Shown here: one piece after another, positions 47,380-55,216 of the stretch
How the letters are laid out: every line of letters begins with the position of its first letter
Numbering within the stretch: the first letter of the stretch is position 1
Assembly (NCBI GenBank): GCA_947085855.1
Contig: CAMTYB010000001.1
Span: 564,427-628,426, forward strand
Origin: an uncultured Candidatus Saccharibacteria bacterium
GTDB lineage: Bacteria > Patescibacteriota > Saccharimonadia > Saccharimonadales > 2-12-FULL-41-12
DNA: 64,000 bases
Direction: 5' to 3'
Program-made: the position numbers and the translations under genes
The notes under the pieces: generated by a model
Databases searched by the model: none
The model's input: only the letters and a program-made list of their open reading frames with translations
Told to the model about the DNA's origin: nothing

Positions 47380-48660
47380 TTGTGTTGTATGGAAACAAAA
47401 GCACCCGAACTCAAATACTGTCTGTATGCACGTAAATCGAGCGAATCAGACGAACGACAGATAATGTCGATTGATTCACAGCTTAACGAAATGAAGCTGA
47501 TTGCTCAAAAAGAAGGGTTGAATATAGTAAAAATCTTAGAGGAGAGTCACTCCGCTAAAGAATCGGGTAAGCGCCCAATCTTTAATGAGTTACTTAGTGG
47601 ATTTAGAAATGATGAGTATAACGCATGCTTAACGTGGGCACCTGATAGAATGAGCAGAAATGCCGGGGATTTGGGGTCACTAGTAGACCTTATGGATAGT
47701 AAGAAGCTAGCTCAAATCCGTACGTATTCGCAGACGTTTACAAATAATCCTAATGAAAAGTTCCTTCTGATGATTCTCTGCTCACAGGCCAAGCTTGAAA
47801 ACGATAACCGCGGCTTGAATATTCTACGAGGTATTAAAAATAAATGTGAAATGGGATGGCGGCCTGGCGTTGCACCACTAGGTTACATGAATCGCCACTT
47901 TGGAGGGGTTAAAGATATAATACCCGATCCAGATAGAGCACATGTCATTACGGAGATATATCAGAAAGCTGGCTATCACGGCTGGAGTGGTCGGCGTTTG
48001 AAAGAATGGTGCGACGAAATAGGTTTCACGAATCGGTCAGGCAAACCAGTAGCTTTGAGTCAAATCTTCTTGATTCTCATGAACCCGTTCTACTACGGTG
48101 AATTTGAGTATCCAGAAGGTAGTGGCAAATGGTTTAAGGGATCGCACGAGCCCTTAATATCCAAAGATATGTACGAACTTGTCCAACAATTTAGAGGAGC
48201 ATATAAAGGTAAATGGGGATCCAAACAGTTTGCGTACCGCGGTTTATTGCAATGTGGACACTGTGGAGGTGAAGTTACAGCAGAGGAGAAATTTAAAAAA
48301 CTTAATAACGGTGAAATTAACCGTCATGTATATTATCGATGCACAAAGAAAGTAGATTTAAAATGTCCAGAAAAGTACGTGAATGAAAAAATACTTGAAG
48401 AATTAATAGAGAAATTTATTACTCAGAATTTGGTGAAGCTCAAGATTGCAGATTCACTCAGAATAGATATTGAACGGCACTATGTTGTAGCTGAATCACT
48501 TGCCGATTACTACAAAGTATCGATGAAACTAGATAAGCCGCTGATTGAATACACGCGCTATGTGGTAACAAAAGGCAGGTTTGAAGAAAAAGTTGCTTTT
48601 ACAAAGGGCATTACTAGTAAGCTACTTATTAAAGATGGAGAAATTGTTTTTGCGAAGTAA
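47380..48660 (+). CDS. large serine recombinase (resolvase catalytic domain + recombinase domain + zinc ribbon/coiled coil)
   Basis: YARKSSESD....SIDSQ catalytic Ser region, Cys pairs CGHCGG....C..C. Confidence 0.75.
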   Translation: MCCMETKAPELKYCLYARKSSESDERQIMSIDSQLNEMKLIAQKEGLNIVKILEESHSAKESGKRPIFNELLSGFRNDEYNACLTWAPDRMSRNAGDLGSLVDLMDSKKLAQIRTYSQTFTNNPNEKFLLMILCSQAKLENDNRGLNILRGIKNKCEMGWRPGVAPLGYMNRHFGGVKDIIPDPDRAHVITEIYQKAGYHGWSGRRLKEWCDEIGFTNRSGKPVALSQIFLILMNPFYYGEFEYPEGSGKWFKGSHEPLISKDMYELVQQFRGAYKGKWGSKQFAYRGLLQCGHCGGEVTAEEKFKKLNNGEINRHVYYRCTKKVDLKCPEKYVNEKILEELIEKFITQNLVKLKIADSLRIDIERHYVVAESLADYYKVSMKLDKPLIEYTRYVVTKGRFEEKVAFTKGITSKLLIKDGEIVFAK

Positions 48661-48768
48661 AACTTAGTTAGAGTAAACTTGTTGATTCAATATTGCAGCC
48701 TAGAAGATCTAGACCGACTACAGTTAATATGCTAATGTATATAGGCTAAGATAAAAAATAAAAACAGT

Positions 48769-49938
48769 ATGAATATAAAAAGTTTACGTTTAAATAGAAC
48801 AGTTTTAATCATTAGTTTAATTGGCGTAGTTTTATTTTCTGCGTCTAATCTCCCTTTTGTTCAGGCTCAATCGCAACAAATCAAGGATCTTCAGCAGCAA
48901 ATTGATCAAGTTCAAAACGACAGTAATCAGAAACGGCATGAAGAAGGCGTACTGAGTATCGAGGCTTCATCGTTAAGTGATGCAATAAATAAGCTGCAAG
49001 GACAAATTAATTCTTCACAAGCACGTATTAGCCAACTTCAGAGTGAAGTAAACACACTTAAGCAGCAAATTACCGAGGCAGAAGCAGAGCTTGCTAAACA
49101 AAGAGGTATACTCGGTGAAACAATAAAAGCAATGTATCTTGAGGGTGATATAACAACTTTGGAGATGCTTGCAACAAGTAAAGACTTGAGCGAATTCTTT
49201 GATAAGCAACAATACCGTGAAAGTGTTAGTTCAAAAATCAAGGTAACACTAGATAAAGTAACCCAACTCAAACTAGAGCTAAATACAAAACGCGAAACAG
49301 TTGAAGCAACGCTTGCTGAACAACAAGCCTTACGAGATCAATTGGCGTCCCAGCGATCTGAAAAAGATCGAATATTAGCGCTTAATCAAGATCAACAAAA
49401 TCAGCTAGAGAATCAAATAAAGGCAAACAGTGGAAAGCTTGCTGAACTCAAGAAAAAACAAGCAGAAGCTGAAGCAGCGCTTGCTCGTTCGTTGAGTAGC
49501 GGCAGTTACAAGACTGCTCCGGCTGGACCAGTTTCAGCAGGTAGCGTAGTGGGAGCGGTCGGTAATACAGGACTTTCTTCTGGCGCACATCTTCATCTCG
49601 AAGCACGTAGTGGCAGTAGTGTAGTGAATCCAGTCCCTTATATAAAGTCCAAGCCGGTTAATATGCCTCCTGGATGGATTAGCCAAGGCTACGGAGTGGC
49701 TAATTCCTTATATCGCAGCGGTTATCACGGAGGCATTGACTACGCGTCTTCTAACGGACAGCCTATATTTGCAATTGACGGCGGTCAAATGTATCGTGGT
49801 TGCTCAAACCAAATGCTCGGTACCCGCAATAACGATTACGGCTATGTGGCAATTGTAGAGCATAGCAACGGCGTAAAAAGTATCTATGCTCACATGAGTG
49901 GCGGCCCTGCTACTTGTAACTACAATACGTATTACTAA
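48769..49938 (+). CDS. secreted M23 (lysostaphin-like) metallopeptidase with an N-terminal coiled coil
   Basis: YHGGIDY (HxxxD) and GAHLHLE (HxH) motifs. Long Q/L-rich coiled coil. Confidence 0.75.
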   Translation: MNIKSLRLNRTVLIISLIGVVLFSASNLPFVQAQSQQIKDLQQQIDQVQNDSNQKRHEEGVLSIEASSLSDAINKLQGQINSSQARISQLQSEVNTLKQQITEAEAELAKQRGILGETIKAMYLEGDITTLEMLATSKDLSEFFDKQQYRESVSSKIKVTLDKVTQLKLELNTKRETVEATLAEQQALRDQLASQRSEKDRILALNQDQQNQLENQIKANSGKLAELKKKQAEAEAALARSLSSGSYKTAPAGPVSAGSVVGAVGNTGLSSGAHLHLEARSGSSVVNPVPYIKSKPVNMPPGWISQGYGVANSLYRSGYHGGIDYASSNGQPIFAIDGGQMYRGCSNQMLGTRNNDYGYVAIVEHSNGVKSIYAHMSGGPATCNYNTYY

Positions 49939-50022
49939 TCTAGGTCGGTGGCAGAAAACTTACAGCAAGTAACCCATTTTAGAATTTAAAATGTAACGAT
50001 TAAACCTTAAATAGGAGTCGTT

Positions 50023-50352
50023 ATGGATCAAGAGATGCAAGAATGCATAAATAACTGTAATAATTGCAAACAAGTATGTCTAGAAACGCTTGAATATTGT
50101 AAGGATAAAGGTGGTGAACACGCTGATCCGGATCATCTAAAATTATTAGAAGATTGTGCCAAGATATGTGAGACGAGCGCAGACTTTATGGAACGCGAGT
50201 CTAATTTTCACACTAAGACATGTGCCGTTTGTGCTGAAATATGTGAACGCTGTGCTGAGGCTTGCGAGAAAATGGGAGACGATGAGCAAATGCAGAAATG
50301 TGCGCAAGCTTGCCGCGAATGTGCCGAATCATGTCGCCAGATGAGTAGTTAA
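50023..50352 (+). CDS. Cys-rich four-helix-bundle copper-binding/storage-like protein (DUF326/Csp-like)
   Basis: 109 aa with 17 Cys in CxxxC/CxxC spacing on predicted helices. Confidence 0.55.
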   Translation: MDQEMQECINNCNNCKQVCLETLEYCKDKGGEHADPDHLKLLEDCAKICETSADFMERESNFHTKTCAVCAEICERCAEACEKMGDDEQMQKCAQACRECAESCRQMSS

Positions 50353-50357
50353 AGTGG

Positions 50358-50825
50358 TTATGTACTCTTTTTATTTTTCAAAGGAACGGTAGAAGATGCG
50401 ATGCCGATTGCTACTGCAATAACAACTGCATTTTTAATAATATATTGACCTTCCAAGGTAGGTATGAGAAAAGCTTGCCATGTATACTCCGGCACAAGTA
50501 TAAGCGGTGAACATACGATGCCCATATGAACAAGTAGCATTGGTATTACGATGCGTGTTAATTTTGGAAATAGAAAAAGCAGTCCAACTATACATTCGAG
50601 CAAAGCCAGGACAATAAAGAGAAAATCAAAGTATTGCCCTCCCACCGTTTTGTCTACTAGAGCTTGAGCGAGGGGACCGGCTGGACTTAAGCTGAGTAAC
50701 TTTATAAGTCCAAACCAAAAGAATATTAAGAATACAGAAAATCTTGCAACTGGTATAAATGTCCGCTGAAAAAAGGCAATTAACTTCAAGTCAAGCGATT
50801 CATAGTTGATCTTTTTATTTGGCAT
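50358..50825 (-). CDS. DoxX-like 4-TM membrane protein
   Basis: 155 aa hydrophobic ORF. Weak DoxX-like topology. Confidence 0.35.
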   Translation of the reverse strand: MPNKKINYESLDLKLIAFFQRTFIPVARFSVFLIFFWFGLIKLLSLSPAGPLAQALVDKTVGGQYFDFLFIVLALLECIVGLLFLFPKLTRIVIPMLLVHMGIVCSPLILVPEYTWQAFLIPTLEGQYIIKNAVVIAVAIGIASSTVPLKNKKST

Positions 50826-51101
50826 AAGCAGTATAAGTATAGTTGTATTGATTACTGGGTGACAAGTAAGAAACGGTCAAGGAACACGGTCAGTACTATA
50901 GATGTCCAATCGTTATATAGGCTTACGGTCACTTATAGAACCGAACTAAGAAGTAAAATGCCCTTTTCTACAGATATAAAGGTTCGAATGTTTACTCGCT
51001 ATCATAGCAAGTAGACTCGAACTCAAAATAAATAGGGTTTGTAAGGGGTAAATAGAAAGACCGGTCATAGGAACCGGTCAGGTGTTTTTGAGTGTCCAAT
51101 C

Positions 51102-51176
51102 TGGTAGCGGGGGCAGGACTCGAACCTGCGACCTTGTGGTTATGAGCCACACGAGCTGCCACTGCTCTACCCCGCG
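51102..51176 (-). tRNA. tRNA-Met (CAT), initiator-like
   Basis: The reverse complement CGCGGGGTAGAGCAG...GGCTCATAACC...GGTTCGAGTCC...CCCCGCTACCA closely resembles E. coli tRNA-fMet, including an unpaired C1 (C1:U72). Confidence 0.8.
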
Positions 51177-51256
51177 ATAGGGTGCCGTGCTTGCCGAATA
51201 ATCACTCAGCAAAACAGGAAACTAAATTGTACCAAACAGAGGTCGATATGTCAAGA

Positions 51257-52279
51257 TTAGGCGACTAGTTGAAGTTGCTCGTATTGGCGGCGGTAAACTG
51301 CGGCATCAAAGAGCTCGACCTCAGCAGGCTTAATAGCATGACGATGGTTTTGGTATTCATCCAGGCAAGCGTTACGTGACTCGTCGAGTTTACCAAGTTG
51401 GGCGTTGAAATAAAAACCGGCCATCTTAATGTATTCTGGCCACATATCGCGTTGGTAGAGGTTGACGGTTAGGGCTCGTTGGCTGGATGCGAGTTGATCT
51501 GGGTTAAGCTTGCGCTGCTGACCAGAAACTTCAACGATTCGTCGTAGTTCGGTGTCGGCTTGGCGAAGAATTTCTGCAGCATTGCTTGGCAGGTATCTGA
51601 CTGGTGGTTGTGAGCGGAATGAACGCATATCGATTCGCAAACCATCTCTTCGCTCGACGATCTCTAAAGCGAGCTTATCAATGGCGGCTATTTTGCTGGT
51701 CATTTGCTTAGCGACCGAGCTGGTAGATTTGCGTTCACGTTCCTGGCGATTGTCGGTATTGAGACGGATCGGATTATTACTAAGTGTTTTACTATGGGTG
51801 TGGTCGCGCAGAGCTCGTGAACTGTGTGCAACCTTTCTATAATCGTCTTCATGAAAAGCGACGGCTATATCCGAGGGTACGACTCCGCTAATGTCTAGCG
51901 TGGTTCGTCCATGATAAACGCGCACAGCCTGGCTGACGCCGTGTTCGCGGAAACGTTTGCCAGGGCGTGTTGGTATGTACAAGCCAGATTCAATAGCTGC
52001 AATGTCAACAAGCTTGAGGTCTTCAAAGCTGACGCCAAGCTCAGGAGCTTCATACTTTACGCTATATTCTGAATGAACCGGTGCGATCAAGTGACCAATG
52101 TGGGCAGCCATTTCGGCTGTTGATATAACTCGCGGCAAGCCTTCGTACTGACGTGGTTCGTTGGGGAGGGTAGGTTGTGCTAAGAAGCCTCGATTGTTGA
52201 GTGCATCCATCCATAGCGTGTCCTGAGACGGCATCCCGTCATTCCATAGCGGCTGTGGTGCTAGTTCCTGATTGGACAT
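51257..52279 (-). CDS. hypothetical cytoplasmic protein (340 aa)
   Basis: Long ORF with 1-nt overlap to the upstream gene. Confidence 0.45.
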   Translation of the reverse strand: MSNQELAPQPLWNDGMPSQDTLWMDALNNRGFLAQPTLPNEPRQYEGLPRVISTAEMAAHIGHLIAPVHSEYSVKYEAPELGVSFEDLKLVDIAAIESGLYIPTRPGKRFREHGVSQAVRVYHGRTTLDISGVVPSDIAVAFHEDDYRKVAHSSRALRDHTHSKTLSNNPIRLNTDNRQERERKSTSSVAKQMTSKIAAIDKLALEIVERRDGLRIDMRSFRSQPPVRYLPSNAAEILRQADTELRRIVEVSGQQRKLNPDQLASSQRALTVNLYQRDMWPEYIKMAGFYFNAQLGKLDESRNACLDEYQNHRHAIKPAEVELFDAAVYRRQYEQLQLVA

Positions 52280-52932
52280 TAGGCGGCCTTGTTGGTGTTA
52301 GAGTTACGCACAGCGAGTGTGGCAAGTCGAGCTTCAACGTCATCAAGTTTGGCTTCCATTGCCTTTCGGTTGTGTGGATCAAAGTACTTTGAAGTTAAGT
52401 CCGCATATTCCGACCGAGCTAAAACTTTTGATTCATCTCTGGTAACGAGCTCAGCATCTACTAATGCGTCTTGTGCGAATACAGGGTTGGCAAACTGAAC
52501 TTTAGCTGCCTTTTTGAGACGCATATTAGCTTCCTTTGACTCTCCAACTCGCTCTTCCATAGCTTCCTTGCTCAGATTCATCTTCAAACGGATTGCTGTG
52601 TATTGAGCGGAGTCTTGTTGGTCAGTATCTTGGAGAAATTTAATATTTCTGTTAAGTGGCTGAGCTAATTTTAAAAGACCTTGCAAGCCAGTGTAGTAGT
52701 CAACCAGGCTAACCGAAACAGCTTCTGGATCTTCAGCTATAGCAGGAGTAGGTGCGGGAGTGTCGCCTGGAGCTTGATTAATAATAGTTGGTTCTCTGTT
52801 TGTAACGGCGGGCTCAAAGGTCATAACAGGGGGCTGAAGAGCCTCATGCAAAGGAAGTTCGGGCTCAGTTGGCTCGAGCAAAGAGATTTGTTCATGTGTT
52901 GGGACATGCGCCATATCTATATTATAGCACAA
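52279..52932 (-). CDS. hypothetical protein (217 aa, Pro/Glu-rich N-terminus)
   Basis: ORF. Operon partner of the previous gene. Confidence 0.45.
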   Translation of the reverse strand: MCYNIDMAHVPTHEQISLLEPTEPELPLHEALQPPVMTFEPAVTNREPTIINQAPGDTPAPTPAIAEDPEAVSVSLVDYYTGLQGLLKLAQPLNRNIKFLQDTDQQDSAQYTAIRLKMNLSKEAMEERVGESKEANMRLKKAAKVQFANPVFAQDALVDAELVTRDESKVLARSEYADLTSKYFDPHNRKAMEAKLDDVEARLATLAVRNSNTNKAA

Positions 52933-53030
52933 GAAGTATAGAAAGTAAATAGCTCGTGCTTGATTAACTGGGGTAATAAAAAGAACTCCGGATAAAACAC
53001 CGGAGTTCTTTTTGCAATCGGGTAGTTAGA

Positions 53031-53333
53031 CTACCAGCTGCGTGGGCCGCCGCCACCACGGTTGCCGCCATCGCGAGGAGGACGGTCAGTTTGTGGACGG
53101 GCTTCGTTGACACGGATGGTTCGGCCACCGAGGTCGCTATTGTTCATAGCGGCTTCAGCTGCTTTACCTTCGTCGTCGTTTTCGAATTCAACAAAACCAA
53201 AGCCTTTGCTGCGGCCAGTTTCGCGATCAGTGATGATGCGAGCACTCGCTACGCTGCCGTGTTCGGCAAAAGCGGCTTTGAGTTCGTCTTCGGTGGTATT
53301 GAATGGTAGACCACCGACATATAGTTTGTACAT
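53031..53333 (-). CDS. RRM-type RNA-binding protein with a Gly/Arg-rich tail
   Basis: RNP2 LYVGGL and RNP1 KGFGFVEF motifs, then a C-terminal RGG-like region. Confidence 0.85.
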   Translation of the reverse strand: MYKLYVGGLPFNTTEDELKAAFAEHGSVASARIITDRETGRSKGFGFVEFENDDEGKAAEAAMNNSDLGGRTIRVNEARPQTDRPPRDGGNRGGGGPRSW

Positions 53334-53551
53334 ATAAATGAAACTTTCTTTCGTTTACTTAGCAATCGACCTAAAATCTTCTACTTTACTCGGGTGAGCT
53401 CGGTATTAAACGAAAAAAACTTTCATCTAAACACTTGCACGGAACCAAGAATCTGTGAGATCTTGCCCGTATAGCTAACCATTATTTTTGATTTTACACA
53501 AGAGGTTTGCTATAAATAGGATCAAGATAACTAAAATAATCAAAACTAAAA

Positions 53552-54502
53552 ATGAAAATACTACTGAAATTTAGCTGCCTTCTCATCATAGCCGTCTTTG
53601 TGTTGAGCGTAGCGAGCCCGGCTGTTTTAGCCGGTACTGTTAAGCGAAGCTACAAAGCTAACCCTACTCCGCCGCCAAACGACGACTACAATCCCGACGC
53701 AGATCCGCTGCCAGAATGGCTGGTTTTACCTGAAGGCGTGGACGAGAATCAGCTCGAGTTCAAAGGAAACGTTAACTCACAGCAGTCAATCATTAATCGT
53801 CAGGGTGCTGCCAAGTGGACAATCGTGTCCAAGAATAACGGCAAGAGCATTGTCTACCGCTACTACGAGTCAAATAAATTGATGTTTGGTGCCAAAACTA
53901 CCAAGAATTACCTCAAAGTTACGCTCTATGATTCCAACCGTAAAAAGCTCAAAACAATGACCGGCGAAGATTTTTTCAACGATGATATAAGCGTGTCGGA
54001 CGCAAAAGACGTTAGTAAGGGTATTAAAGTAGCCAGCACAAAATTGGCCTATGATGGCTGTCCAGGCAAGCAAGTCCGTAAAGATGCTCGTACCTGCGTC
54101 TCGCCAGACTACAACAAGGTCAGAAAGAATAAAAAGCTGAGTAAACGTCAACTCAAGAAGTTAGCCCACAAAGCGGGATTTCGGGGTGAGGGTCGCAAGA
54201 TTGCCGTGGCTGTAGCTCAGGCGGAATCGAGAGGTCGTATAGGAGAGGTTCTGTGTAATACCAAGAACCCTTATAATCCACGGCACAAGTTTGAGCGGGG
54301 CGTCAGAGCCTGTAGTGGCGACAACGCAAGCGCTGATCGTGGCTTGTGGCAAATTAATAATCGTTGGCACAAAAACGTTAGCAACAAGTGTTCCTTTAAT
54401 ACAAAGTGTAATGCTACCAAAGCTTATAAAATTTCAAACGGAGGACGTGACTGGTCGCCATGGAGTACCTATAAAAACGGACTCTATCAACAGTACCTAT
54501 AG
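53552..54502 (+). CDS. secreted protein with a C-terminal lysozyme-like/lytic-transglycosylase-like domain
   Basis: Signal peptide. AQAESRG (catalytic Glu-Ser) ... GLWQINNRWH pattern reminiscent of SLT/GH23. Confidence 0.45.
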   Translation: MKILLKFSCLLIIAVFVLSVASPAVLAGTVKRSYKANPTPPPNDDYNPDADPLPEWLVLPEGVDENQLEFKGNVNSQQSIINRQGAAKWTIVSKNNGKSIVYRYYESNKLMFGAKTTKNYLKVTLYDSNRKKLKTMTGEDFFNDDISVSDAKDVSKGIKVASTKLAYDGCPGKQVRKDARTCVSPDYNKVRKNKKLSKRQLKKLAHKAGFRGEGRKIAVAVAQAESRGRIGEVLCNTKNPYNPRHKFERGVRACSGDNASADRGLWQINNRWHKNVSNKCSFNTKCNATKAYKISNGGRDWSPWSTYKNGLYQQYL

Positions 54503-54504
54503 AC

Positions 54505-55179
54505 ATGCCGCTCAAACAATCATTAGAAATTGCTCACTATCGGTATCGCTTACGCAAGGCCCAGGTTCGTCTGGTGCTGCGCAAAGTACCGCACGTTCTG
54601 GCTGCTACCACTAACTATATAATTGCCGCTTTTATTATCACTACCCTGATAGCTCTTATGAAGTTCATGCCACTTAGTATGTTGGTGCTTGGGAATGAAT
54701 CTGGCTTGCCCAGCAACTATGCGGGCGAGACAGTGGGGGAGTATGTAGGCGTTTTGTTGAGTGCATTAAATGACATACCGTGGGCTGCTACGCTTATTAC
54801 GATGTTGACGTGGGGATTGGTTGGACTTGTTTGCTACCTCATTTACTTTGTTACAGCCAATACCCTGATTGATGCTCGCAACGAAATTATTTCTGATATA
54901 GATAGCTACGTGGGCGCGCACGTATCACCGGGCTTACTAGTACGACATGCTTTTAATAAATTATCGGCAATTGTTATCTATATCATGCTGATTGCGGTCA
55001 GTTTTACATATTTACTGGGGCTGTGGCTTGATATGATGGGGATTTTTGTTTTGTCGGGTATGCATTTGGATAGCACGCTCGTATATATGGTGGCGGGATG
55101 CGTGGGCCTATTTATTAATGTTTATCTGATTATAGCGATGGCATTCCTGATTTGGCGCAACAACAGTTCTATAGTATAA
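54505..55179 (+). CDS. polytopic membrane protein
   Basis: 224 aa, 5-6 TM helices. Confidence 0.45.
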   Translation: MPLKQSLEIAHYRYRLRKAQVRLVLRKVPHVLAATTNYIIAAFIITTLIALMKFMPLSMLVLGNESGLPSNYAGETVGEYVGVLLSALNDIPWAATLITMLTWGLVGLVCYLIYFVTANTLIDARNEIISDIDSYVGAHVSPGLLVRHAFNKLSAIVIYIMLIAVSFTYLLGLWLDMMGIFVLSGMHLDSTLVYMVAGCVGLFINVYLIIAMAFLIWRNNSSIV

Positions 55180-55216
55180 CTATAAGCAGTTAGAGGGTCC
55201 TGGACAAGATAAAAAT

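Larger units (their letters stand above)
34844..51176. mobile_element. putative ~16-kb mosaic integrated island / degraded prophage-satellite adjacent to the initiator-like tRNA. It carries SIR2, a LexA-like repressor, a ParB-MTase, TerS, TerL, a copper cluster, a serine recombinase and an M23 peptidase.
   Basis: Phage hallmark genes without structural genes, a large serine recombinase, lower G+C by eye, tRNA at one end and a partial tRNA-end copy at the other. Confidence 0.45.
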
